64,000 nucleotides of DNA. Source: Amoebophrya sp. A120 (taxonomy: Eukaryota > Protista > Dinoflagellata). Position numbers and translations under genes: made by a program. Every line of letters starts with the position of its first letter. Positions within the stretch are counted from its first letter, which is position 1. The notes beneath the pieces were generated by a model. The model was not told the origin of the DNA. It saw only the letters and a program-made list of their open reading frames with translations, and ran no database searches. Shown here in pieces: positions 12,801-24,028 of this stretch. The stretch is from contig CAJINV010000016.1 of NCBI GenBank assembly GCA_905178155.1, positions 1,563,102 to 1,627,101 on the forward strand. Direction: 5' to 3'.

Positions 12801-13990
12801 TGACAACACAAACAAACCCAAACACGCCCGACCAGAGGTTGCGCGCAGCACCTGCAAACACATGCCCGAGATGCCGGATGCTTTGCGCGACGCAAAATAC
12901 CCGGCGCACCACCAAACGGAAACGTGCCAAAATTGTAAGGCTCCACACCCCAAGAGAAACCGGGGCGAACGTCTAAACTGCAAAACATAGCCCGCTAGCA
13001 AATACAAAACACCCGGCGGCAACAGACAACACAACGAACCCATCGCCCCTATGGCCCGCCGAAAGAAACAAAACCAGGCGAGGCGGGCCAGACAAAGTAA
13101 GCGGCGCACCACTTGCGAGGGCGGGGCTCAGCCGGTCCGGCTAACGCAACGCCTCGGCCGACACGCTTCGAAAAAATCCCGAAAAATTTAGCCACTTTTT
13201 AGCAAAGGAAATGGCCCCGCTGCCCTCTACCTGAGTCCAATTTCTGCTGCTCGGCCAGTTTCTTACCGAAGCTGAGGCCTCCGTCGTACTCGATCCTGAG
13301 CTCCTCGGCACGCTTCGCAGTAACCAACGATCCGCACGCGCCATCTTTGTCCTGGGGTGAGTTTACGTAAGAGAATGCTATTGGTTTTGGTTCGCGCCAT
13401 TTGCTTGATCTGAAAAATTAGGACGTGACTGGAGGTAGTGCTACTGCAAGGAGAAGTTAGTATGCGCTGAAATAAGTCAAAATCTGAAATACGGTCCAGA
13501 CAGCGCCCTGAGTCTCCGGCTCCGCGAAATCCTCCTCCTCGTCGTCGGACAGCAGCCCGGCACTCTTTAACGTCTTTCCCTTCGGCCGCTTTTTGTTCTT
13601 GTCCAGCTTGGTCTTCCCCTTCATGGCATTTCTGCACATTTCGCTCACCAACCAGACGAGGCACTGGCTGCGCACGCTATCCGATTTCTCGTCTTTCAGC
13701 CAATTCAGGCGCGTCATCTGCTTGATCTCCTTCATCTGCTTCTTGTTCAAGGACACCGCGTCCCTTCGGTCCGAGCAGGAGGTGCGTGAAGGTGTCCAAG
13801 ATCATGTCGGTCAACGCGGGGCGGAGGTGGCGCAGTTGCAACTCGAGCAGGCGGGTCCTGATGTCACAATAGATATTGATACAGATACACAGATACTGAC
13901 ACTGATACTCGCAATCGCATTGCAAAGCGAATTCGAAGCCGAGCGCGAGGCCGAGGCGTTCTGATTTTGCCCTCACATCGAAACGCACAA
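9890..13990 (-). CDS. Fragmented coiled-coil hypothetical gene (transposon cargo), interrupted by nested element 11007-13233
   Basis: Coding-like segments 9890-10339, 10465-10700 and 13457-13756; the frame ELAEQQKLD-YSALKEIGNVV is restored across the nested element. Confidence 0.4.
11007..13233. mobile_element. Nested non-autonomous hAT-like element (~2.2 kb)
   Basis: Imperfect ~65-bp TIRs beginning CAGGT(G/A)GAGGG...TGGCTAA(T/A)TTTTTCGGGATTTTTT; 8-bp flanks CGTCTAAT/AGTCCAAT (6/8); GC-rich body with A/T tracts. Confidence 0.65.
11411..11571 (+). repeat. 13-bp tandem minisatellite (CGGCTAAATCGG[C/T])n
   Basis: About 12 head-to-tail units with no spacers. Confidence 0.95.
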
Positions 13991-14799
13991 GACTAGTAGA
14001 GTTGTCGAGTGAGAGAAGGACGAAAGCAAAGCACTTGCTCGCTGCTGTTGCAGCAAGCTCGTGCGCGCAGCCGTCATCTTCAATACTTCTTTCTACGTCC
14101 CCGTCTTGCTTCAGCGACAGCGTCAGCGATGCGATTGCAATGCAAAAACTCCAATTCCACTCACAGGCACATACTCAGGCAGGAGCTGCCGCTCCGTCTA
14201 CATCTAGAAATAGACTCTCACCATACCACTTAAGTCGCGGCTTATTTTTGTCTTAGCTATCCGCGTCACACTGTCACTGCACACAGACATCAGGAAGCTG
14301 TGTAGAATGAAAAGTAGATGTAGAAGTAGTAGTAGATCACGCCAACACTAACGCAGACTAGTAATAAAGAAAAAGCGTACTTCAGCAGCGTAGTGGACTT
14401 GCTGCCATCCTTGGAGGAACTCAGGCGCCGGATAGTCTGCAGCCACATCGTCTGGGACGTACCGAACTCGCGGCGCGCTTGGTTGATGATGTTGATCTCG
14501 CCCATGCCACTGATTCCCTCGCACTGGCTCTGGTGTTATTTGGTGACTTTGTATTCAGTTTGAGTCTCATTTCCGCGAGAAATCCTGAGCCGTAAGATCA
14601 GACGCGAGCATCAGTCTCTATTCTAAAAATTCGCGCGATCTGCTCCGCAAACCATGGCGCAGCATAAAAGTAAGCACCTCGCAAAAAGCCAGCTCGTTGA
14701 CTTTTTTTCCCGGGTTGTTTTTCTTGTACGCTTTCAGTTCGCCCTCGATCTGTAATATAGTTGTGCTCATTTTCATTATTGCAGCGACTTTTTCGAATC

Positions 14800-15636
14800 A
14801 TGAATACCTCAGAAGCGGCAGCTACGACCTTCGCATCACATATCTCCGCAGCGATGAAGGGGAGAAAAATCGCAGGCAAGAAACAGAGGCCCGCCCTGAA
14901 GCCGAACTTCAAAAAGACGCTGAACAAGAAGGCAGTCGCAGCGCAGAGGGCTGTCTTGGGAAAGAAGAAACGCAAGACCATCACAAAGCCAAGCGCCCGC
15001 AAAACGCCGAAGCGTTTGGATGTTTTTGATAGCGAAGAGCGCTCCGGGTCGCTCACGATGGGAGACTGTCTGCGGTTCGGCGACGCATTGGAAGCATCAA
15101 CCGGCCGCAAGAAGGAAGCGGGCAAATTTTATAAACTCGCGTGGCTTGTGGCGTGCCTGACTGGCCGGCGCGGCATGGACGTCAGGCTATTGCAGCGCGG
15201 CGACTTAACTTTGAATACCGTCCGCATCGGGAATTCAAAACTGGCGACCACAAAAGGGGGCCGGGGCAAAATCAAGAGTGTGCCCATCGACCCGAGCAAA
15301 AAAACAAAGGACTTTTTGCAGGAGATGATGGACCACATGGATGGCAACGGGGTCGAAAAAGATGGCCCGACTTTCAACTTTCAGCGCGAGTCCTTCGAGA
15401 AGAAAATCCGGGAAGTCCGCAGAGTCTTCGTGTGCAAAGACAAAAAATCATCCCCGCCAAGCATAATAACCTCACACACGCCGCGCAGGAGTGTGTGCTC
15501 GCACTTGTTTGCGAAGAAGGTGTCGCTCCGCGCGATTATGTCAACCACTGGGCGCGCCAGTGTAGACACACTGCGCAGATACATCCAGGGGGATTTCACA
15601 TTTCAAAGACTAGCCGCAAGCAAATTAGGAGTGTGA
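14800..15636 (+). CDS. Tyrosine recombinase (phage integrase/XerCD-like catalytic domain)
   Basis: LTGRRGMDVRLL (R), TTKGG (K), SHTPRRS (HxxR), TTGRAS (H/W position is R), TLRRYI (Y); Lys-rich NLS-like N-terminus; ATG at 14800; the only convincing plus-strand gene in the window. Confidence 0.88.
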   Translation: MNTSEAAATTFASHISAAMKGRKIAGKKQRPALKPNFKKTLNKKAVAAQRAVLGKKKRKTITKPSARKTPKRLDVFDSEERSGSLTMGDCLRFGDALEASTGRKKEAGKFYKLAWLVACLTGRRGMDVRLLQRGDLTLNTVRIGNSKLATTKGGRGKIKSVPIDPSKKTKDFLQEMMDHMDGNGVEKDGPTFNFQRESFEKKIREVRRVFVCKDKKSSPPSIITSHTPRRSVCSHLFAKKVSLRAIMSTTGRASVDTLRRYIQGDFTFQRLAASKLGV

Positions 15637-17007
15637 TACGATGCAGGTTTTCTCATGAAATCAAAAAAAACGGCGAAGCTGTAGATCGAACTTGGAATGT
15701 GTATGCGAAGCAAAGAACTACTATACGTCGGCAAAGACGGATTCGCACTTTTCGCAGAAAGTAGCTTGGAGCTGGCCTTGATTCGACCCGTTGTCGAGTC
15801 TCACAAACAGACGCAATGACTCTGGCTGTCTGTCTTGTAAGATACTCGAAAGCACGAACGTCCCGTAGTGTTGTATGAACAAAGTCAAAAAGTAAAAGAT
15901 ACGCATCACCGGAGTGCTTCATGAGCAACATCGCACGAAACGCGATGAACTTTAGGGAGCTGACTGAGAGTTTTCTTCGGAACTAACTGCGAGCGGCTGG
16001 CTGCTGCAGCTACGTGTGCACTTGATGCGAAACACTTCGAGCTCAAGTGGGGTCTATGTGTGTCTCATCTCCGGTCTATTTATCGGATAAACAAGAGCCG
16101 CGAATAGAGCGACTTCCTTTGTCATAAGTCTCCCACGCCTTTATGGCTAAGTACCTGGACCCTAACTGTTCCCACCCCGTCGGGTCCTCCTTCAAAAACT
16201 CCTTGCCGGCTTGGAAGCTGTGGCTCAAGGCGATGACTTCCAAGAGCTTGTCGATGGAAACGACGCAGCGCCGCAGCCTCCTCATCTGGTAGGATCCGGC
16301 CCTCGCTCATGCAGTCCAGGAGGTACAGTCTATGCTTCTCGTTCCTCAGCATATTCCACTTCGACTGCTTGGACTGCGGGGCCAGCTCCTTCGGGATCTT
16401 CGTGCCCTGGACAAACTTGTCGTCGCGGTGCCGCTTGATGAACTCCACCATGGCAGCCTTGGTCACCTGATGTTTTTTCATGTGATTGCGAGAATTATGG
16501 TGCACGAGAAACATATATAAACCACAAAACTCAACGAGGACGCGCATCGACAAAAGCATCGGGATGACACTTCTGAAATTGAACAAATTCAGGCAAAACA
16601 GCGACGCAATGCCTCGCCCTTGCGCCACGCGCGCTTCATCTGCTCCGCCTCCAAGTCCGTCGGCATGGTCTCCGTAATTTGGAGACTTTGCCCCGACGCG
16701 AGGAGTTCGATTTCCATTGTGAAAGAGATGCGCGACTAACAAATGCGACAGAATCTTGCTCGGAAGCTGTTTTCTTTCATTGGAATGCGATGGATTTGCG
16801 AGCTTTTCCATGTTATTTTTATCACAAAGAGAGAGCTTTTGCATGCATCACGCAGACACTTTGAACGCGTCACACAGACAATTTGGAGACATCGCGATGG
16901 GATTTGCAAGAGCTCACTTCATTGGGGGACGAGCGCAAAACTTTGTGAAAATGTGATGTGCGAGAGGACGACCTTTTTTGATCCAGAGCGCTAAAGTAAT
17001 GAAATTC

Positions 17008-17182
17008 GCCCTGTCCTAAAAGTGTCGGATTTTAGTAAATTACTAGAAGTCCTTGACTTTCAAGATTGTTTTACAAAAAAAATTAAGACTTGAGCGGAAA
17101 TCCTGGAAAAGTGCAAAAATATTCTTGAAAATCAATGATTTCTAGTAATTTACTAAAGTCCCACGATTTTAAACGATGGGGC
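17008..17182. mobile_element. MITE-like foldback (~175 bp)
   Basis: TTTAGTAAATTACTAGAAGTCCTTGACTTTCAAGA vs TCTTGAAAATCAATGATTTCTAGTAATTTACTAAAG; outer GCCC...GGGC. Confidence 0.55.
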
Positions 17183-17894
17183 TTTTGCAATAAATGTCGG
17201 ACATTTCATCGCTTGGGAAGCGGAGGCTTCTGTGTCGGGGTGGTGAAAAATCATGCTCGGGAAGATCAGATCATGCTAAAATTTCTCTGATTTATCTCTC
17301 CTCGCAACTGTGAGTGGAGTGATCGGGACCTCTTAATAAGACTCAGCTACAAGGTGGGCAGGCTGCTGGGTCGGGGAATCAAAAGCACTTTGCGCATCGT
17401 CTCGAACTCAATTTGCGCCCTTTTTCCTATCGGAGAGCGGGTATAATTTGCATTCAAACTCAGGCAAAGGAGGCAGCTTACATATGGAGTCTGGGCGCTT
17501 ATGTTGCGAAAAGATCATGGACCGAAAACGCGAGCTCCATTCTGGCAAGCTATCGCGCCACATCTACATCACTTACCGACAACGAATCAAGTGGCTCAGC
17601 ATCATTTCCTGCACGTTCTGAGTCTGTGCGTCGTTGGTATTTGCTGCGAAGTTTCGCATGATGTTTGATGCTTCCGATCGTGAAGAGTTTCGTTTTTTAT
17701 AATAAAAAGCACAAGCTTTCATAATTGAACTATAGTTCAGATTCAATTTCAATTCGAAACAATTTTGCGCTTTTTCAAAAAAAAGCATATAAGTCTTTCA
17801 TAGACGAACGTGCTCGGCTCGTGACATCTACGTGCATACTGCGTCTGCGAATTTGTAAACAACAACTCGCAGGCGGCAGGCCCAGATGGTAGTC

Positions 17895-19146
17895 TCAGCC
17901 ACGGATCGGCATGTCGCCCAATACAGATTGATCGCTGTCGTCGGAATCCTCAGCCAGCTTCTCAATCTTCTTCGACTTGGTGGAGGCGATGTCGTGCGCG
18001 ATCTCCCGGCGGGCAGCATCCTCCAAGTCGTCACTGACCAAGTTGTTGCTCGGCCGCGGAATCTTCAGGATATCGCACACCTTCGCGACGCAGCGCTTGC
18101 GGGCAGCGGAAGCACTAATCTTGTCGGTCATGCGGCCCGCGGTGGTGCAGCCCACTCCCGTAGGTTCAGAGTCTTCATCACCAACATCACCGGCCAGCTC
18201 GTGGGCAACTCCTCTCCAGGTCGCCTGCTCGGGGCGAAATATGAAGCACACCGCGTCGGGCTCGAGCTCCGGAATCAACTGCTTCTCCGGCACCTTCGGA
18301 CTATTTTTGCGAAATTGGAATCGGGCTGGAGGTGTCAGTCAAGATCTCTTCATATCTTGGTCATAATCTTCATCATCAATCAAACGCACTAAAGTCGAAG
18401 TGAAGTCATGGCCGAAAAGTCAAAAAGTATGTAAAAACAGTGCAGCAGCGTGAACTTGGGTCGTCCGGTGCCACGACTCTTCGCGAGACTCTCCCTCGTA
18501 CGGATCCACAACCGCGTGCTTCTTCTTTTCGGCCTCCGGGTCCCACTCCTTGGACGAGTCGAAGAACACTCCAGACCGCTGCGCTCTCTGCTCCAACCAA
18601 AAACCCTTGTCGACGAAGAGCCAGATCCTGCCGCAAATAAAGTGCGCGCGGGCGACTTTTGCGATGGAGGCGCTGAGGAAAGAGCCGGCGCTGGGCTTCT
18701 TGTTGTCCTCCGCGGATCGCGAAGCCCAGTGGGGCACGGTCATCACCGAGCTCACCTCCTCGCTCACGAGGAAGCAGTCGCACTTGTCCGCTTTGTCCAT
18801 CAAGTCCTTCGGAATCTCTTGCAGAGGAATTCTTCTTCCTAGTCTTCAACAGGTTCAGCCAGAAGCTGGCCGGGTAATCAGAATCGTTGGCGAGGTATTT
18901 GGTCGCTTTTGGCTGCGGCTTCGTACAGCACCCCGCAATGTCCCCTTTTTTCATCGGGACGCACGTCGCGCGCTGCGTGTGGCCTCGATTACCCGTGCGA
19001 GAGAAGCAGAAATAAGGTGGCCCATCCATGCGATGGGCGACCTTTTTGACTTGGATGTGGCCAAGCTTCGCAAAGAACTTTTCGAGCAATTTGGTCCCAA
19101 CTCCGCCGCACCACTGGCGGAAAAGCGGCGCGCTCGGAATGTGCAT
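17895..19146 (-). CDS. Hypothetical coding segments downstream of the transposase (frameshifted or intron-split)
   Basis: Co-oriented ORFs 18406-19146, 18420-18803 and 17895-18293 with coding-like composition; no family recognised. Confidence 0.4.
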
Positions 19147-19207
19147 GCGGATGGCGTCCGGAATGGTAAGGGCAGCCTGAGTGTAGAGCTTCGCTGTAAT
19201 TCGTTTA

Positions 19208-21432
19208 TCAGTGCGCGCAGCTACAGTACCAAGCGAATACTGAAGAGCACACAGCTACAGAATGCAAGCGCACTAGTTTCACGGAGTTGCGCAGAGGTAT
19301 TGGAAGCGACACGAAAAAAAATACCTTCTGCGGAATCAGAGGACAGCACTCGGCCACGTTCAAGTCATTGCGCGCACTGGTCTTTCGTTTCCGAAGCTCC
19401 GCCTTCGCGGCGATCAGGTGCGGGCGGTGCTGGAGAGAATCGGAGGGGTGGTTCATCACAGCCCTGACATCGCACGAGTTCTGCGCCATCGCCTTCGAAT
19501 GCCGGGGATCGAAACGACGCTTCCAATGCTCGAGGAGATTCCGGCACTCCAAAAACGTGACGGGCTCACTCCGCGCGATGGAGGTGCGGATAGCAGCCCT
19601 TTCCTGCCGCATGTTTGGGCACAGTCGTTCGACCTCCATCGCTGTACTGTGAAGCGATTCGACGCACTGCATGCAGGGACTGCTCAGGACGAAGATGGGT
19701 CCGGCCAGGCTGAACAGCTTATCCGTCATCGTTCCCTTTTCCTGCATCTTCGTCAAATCCTTTTTCAGTTGTTCAATGAAATAAATCAAAAACGGATCAA
19801 GGGCGTCGCGCTCCAAATCGTGCAGCAGCTCGGCGCGCCGTTTCTTCGTATCGTCGCAGAAGAGCTAGCTCAAGATGTGCGGGAAGATGTACAGCTGCGC
19901 TTCCCGATAAACCGTTTTGCAGAAAAACGAGGGCTATCCTGTGCAAAAGTATCGCGCTGGTTCTAGTTCTACTTCTAGTTCTCGTATAAATAGCATGACA
20001 AATTTTCTCAGCGCGAGAAATCGAATTTGTAGTGCGGATTTAGTTGAAGTTGAGCCTGGGATTGAAGTTGAAACTTGTGGCGCATGGTTACGAGTAGGAG
20101 TACTACGAGCGCGATGCTTTTGCAGAGGATAATATCAGAAGGCGCTCTCAGGAGGAGCTGGCGAAGCAGCCGCTTGATGGTGTCCATGGAGGACGGCGAG
20201 CACCGGTTTGGGGCCATCTGCTCAAACTTCGCGTCGGAGAAGCAGATCTTCGGGTCGCGGATGGTCCGCGCATGCGAATGCTGCAGCTTTTCCAAAACGG
20301 CCTCAGCGCTGGCGACCTGCTTCCAAAAGTCTTCGTCTTCGGCCGCAGTCTTTGCCTTTGCGAAGATGGCCTTAGTTTCTTTCTTTCGATCTTTTTCCGA
20401 CATGCCCGCAGTACCGTTCTGGATTGCAAGCTTATATATTCTCCTTCAACGCGGCGAGAGTCGGGCGCGCAGTCATCCAGCGGCGCTCCATGTGCTGGGG
20501 AATCCTGATGTCATCAAGCCACAGCTTGGCCGCCTGTTGGATCTTGGAAACACCTGAGAGCGAAGCTTTTTTATGAAATAGAAAAAGGAGTGCAACAATA
20601 GACGCAGCTTGGCTTGAGCGTCGAAATTATACACGAGCATCCTTATTCTCGTGCTCAGTAATGAGCAAAAAAACAAAGGCGCCAGCGTATCACTATCATC
20701 TTCGTCGCAATTTATTTTCATATAGCTACCTTCTTTGAGTCCGTTTTTCTGGAAGTCCGCGATGTCCATGATGTCCTTCGCCAAGATGTGCGGTTGATGG
20801 GCCTGGCACACGTAGTGCAAAGTAAACGTCTGCAGAAGGCGGCGTCCGCCGGGATTATCCTTGGCCCGTTTCATCCTCTCCAAGTTACACGCATGGGAGT
20901 AGAGGCGCAGCCGTCGGTAGGCCTTCAGGATGTTGCTCCCGGCGTCGGAATGGCAAAGCCAAAAACACAACGGGTCACCGGGATGATACTGCGTCGCTGC
21001 GCCCGGAAGCGGCGCGAGGTTACCGATGATGGCGTAGATGACGGAAAGCACGTTGTCTGCATCAGATCCGCCTCGTACCCCTTTCGGCGTGTACTGCCGC
21101 AGCCGGACCTTGCCGGGAGTCCCGATCGCTCCAAACTCCGCCGTAGCAATGACAAACTCGAGCTGAAAGAAGCCATCGGCGTCAAAAGTCGTGCCGTCAG
21201 GTCCGAGTCGAAAAAAAGCCACCTTGCGCGGGGTCGGAGGAGTAATAGACAAACTCAGCTGCTCCCTACGCTTCGCCTGGTCCGCGTGAAATAGGAGCAC
21301 GCCCTTGCCGCCGTCCTTGATGTTGAAGTCCTTGCCCTTGGCAATCATGTCCCAGCGCGCCGCGTTACCTGCGTGAAAGAGCGTCAAAGTTTTCAAATTT
21401 CCCATTTTCCCGCGCATGTGGATGGCAGTCAT
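19208..21432 (-). pseudogene. hAT-like DDE transposase with CxxH motif (decayed copy)
   Basis: Motifs in order: RLGPDGTTF (D1, ~21197), CHSDAGSNILKA (D2, ~20945), HYVCQAHQPHILAKD (CxxH, ~20800), IPQHMERRWMT (TRW-like, ~20480, different frame), SSPCMQCVESLHS (E, ~19659). There are frameshifts near 20530 and 20435, an in-frame TAG at 19865-19867 and an introner at 19935-20131. Confidence 0.72.
19935..20131. mobile_element. Introner family F (197 bp) inside the transposase gene; no recognisable TSD
   Basis: TATCCTGTGCAAAAGTATCGCGCT ... AGCGCGATGCTTTTGCAGAGGATA; flanks AGGGC/ATATC. Confidence 0.85.
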
Positions 21433-21498
21433 TTTTTTTCAATTTTCATCATCACCTGTTGCAATTTTTTTCATCATCGCCTATCGCTCAGCTCCGTA

Positions 21499-23145
21499 TC
21501 AGTTGCAGCTGCAGTCAGTTGCAGTTGCAGTAGTAGTTCCAGTTCGAAGCCCTATTGCTAGACTTAAAAAACCAAAATAATTTGCGCCACATATATCGTC
21601 GAGCTCGTTTCTCATGCCCATTTCGAGCGCGCGGCCATAAGCGTCTTCCTTGCGCAGCGCGTACTTCGTGAAGGCGGCGTCGTCTGCTTTGCGCTTTTTC
21701 TCCGCGTCCTGTTGCTCAGAAACCACTTGAGCAATTCCTTTGTTGTTCTGCAGCACGCCACCGCGCCCACCTTCCTTCTTATCCTTCGACGAGTCCGTGT
21801 GCTGCAACCGCGACAAGGCGGAAGACACAAGCTCTGCGTCAAACAGCTGCTGCAAAAACTCGACCTTTTTCCGCGCAGTGACGGGAGAACGGCCAATCAC
21901 GAAACCGACGCACTCGACCTGCTCGCCAGCCGTGAGAGTGGCAAAATACGACCACTCCACGGCGTCTTTCCACTCTTCCTCCACGAAAGCAGGCCGCTTG
22001 AACTTTTTATCGTTGAAGGTGAAGGCCAACCCAAGTCCTCGTCTCTCGTTTTTTCTTCGTCTTCTTTGACCATGACATGGATGGAAATCCGGTATCTGAT
22101 CAAAATTGTTTTTGTTTTTCCTTGATGTTGATGCTGATAGTTGTTGCTATTGATTACGAGCGTCATTGTGTATGCGTTTACTTTGATCTCGAGGCACGGG
22201 CATTCTCACATGCGCCGAGTCAAAGTTTAATCTTGCAACCAAATCTAAACTAAAACCGACCTAGTCTCGAGCTCCTCAATGGCAAACTCCTGGAGCCGCT
22301 TGGTGCGCTGGTACTTGTCGGCCATGACGTCGGCGCGCGCGTTTTTCTCCACCTTCTCCTCCTCGGTATCCATGTCATCGATCAAAGTGTCGCTTTTCTT
22401 GAAAAGACCCTTCTCTTTGTGCGCCGTCTTGCAATACCTGAGCAAAGTTTTTCATTGTCGTGATGATGTTTCTGCTTCAAAAACAACAGCAGCACTTGTT
22501 GACTGAAAAGAGATATCGAGACTGTATGTCTTGCATGATGAGCATGAGCTTGCTCATCATGAACAAAGTCTGCACTGCTTCGAATGGTAGACAGAAGAGC
22601 GCGTCGTCTTGGTCTTGGTCTTCGTCTTAGTCTTGCGCGTTTAAGTGACAATATATGTACTGGCTCCACTTCTTCCGAATTTGTTCCACCGCGGGCACGG
22701 GGGTCGGCATGTACTGGGGTCGCAGAAACTCCGCCTCGTCGCGCGCAAGTTCGGCAAAAACTGTCGCGCCCTCCTTGAGCAAGTCGCGCACCTGTTCGAA
22801 TGTGCTGCAAGACCGCACCATATCGAGGATGGGGCACTCCAATTCGTCGCGTTTGTAGCAAGTAGTCCCGGCGACCAAGTGCTTGCACTCTTGCGCGGCA
22901 AAAGCTTCTTTGTTACTTTTGCGCTTCTTGTCCGGTGGCGGCATCCGGTGCATGCCCTCAGTCAAACGTTGCACATGCTCCGCGGATCTCAGCGGATTTA
23001 CCCGCGGACGTAGCCTCTCGCCCTCTATCGCGTGCTCCAACGCCTTGAGGAGCAGGTCGGCCGGCAGCGAAGGCTGCGCCGACGAAAAGTTAGAGCTCCG
23101 CGCCTTTTTATAATTCTTCCCCTTCTCTTCAAAATCTTTTTCCAT
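21499..23145 (-). CDS. Hypothetical exons upstream of the transposase core (N-terminus or separate gene)
   Basis: Co-oriented ORFs 22627-23145, 22245-22445 and 21499-22029 with coding-like composition, separated by AT-richer spacers. Confidence 0.45.
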
Positions 23146-23988
23146 TTTATAAACTTCTCCCTAGAAAAAGTTTTTTTTTCCAACTGATGCGAAGGGGAAG
23201 AGAAGCATCAAAAGCAAATGAATCGAAAAGGAAAACCAAAAGCAAAGCGACAACTTCCAGCCAGATGATCCTCTTCGTGCTTTGATCAATCCATCGCGAC
23301 AGATCTTGGAGCTTTGATCGAGACCACTTCGCGTTTGGATCCAGGAGCAAAATCATCAAAACCGTTATCATCTATCTTGCGCGAAAAACGAAACCGTCGC
23401 CATCTATCTTGCGCAAACTAACGCGACGAAAACAGGAGCAGGAGAGTCGAACGCACAAGCTTTCTTCTGCGTGAGATCTTTTCTGTTTCGCGCCCCAGAC
23501 TCTGCGCATCTACTTACTTTTCTCCTGTGCGTTTTGCTTTTAGTTTCTGCTTCTCATTCTATTTATATTTTCTACTTCTACTCCTGCTTTCTCTTCTACT
23601 TTCTATTTCTCCTCCCCGAAACTCATGCTCGACATAGCAGCGTCGTGGCCGCTCCTGCTGTGGCTATCCCCTTGGTTGGGTCGCTCCTGATATTGTTGCT
23701 TTTTTCTCGTTAGCATTGACATTCTCTCTATACGCGAAAGACATCGGAGGCGCATATGTAAAGTCTCAAACTCAAAACCAAAAGCCAAAAGCATTGCAAC
23801 TCTGAAAATGCGGACGACTCAAGCGCTCCGCTATCATAATGGTCATGCTCAATGAAACAACAAAAACGTGACCTGCTTTCCCCTTCTAGTTCTCTGCCAT
23901 TCGTGTGCTTCGCCTTTCGCTTTTCACTTCCAGCCTGCTATAACTGAAACGCATTTCCACAAACCCGCCATAGCTGAAGCGCCATAGT

Positions 23989-24028
23989 TCGAATAGTTGT
24001 GGTTTTGTAATAAACCACAACTATTCGA
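23989..24028 (-). other. Putative tyrosine-recombinase site, inverted copy (spacer TGTAAT)
   Basis: TCGAATAGTTGTGGTTT-TGTAAT-AAACCACAACTATTCGA. Confidence 0.6.

Noticed and set aside
14761-15636. DIRS retrotransposon, Crypton or bacterial prophage integrase
   Set aside because: No RT/RNase H or phage genes nearby; it sits inside long TIRs together with a DDE transposase
18550-19467. 305-aa plus-strand ORF and other long antisense ORFs (e.g. 40418-41143, 1118-1801)
   Set aside because: Shadows of GC-rich minus-strand coding sequence with no recognisable motifs
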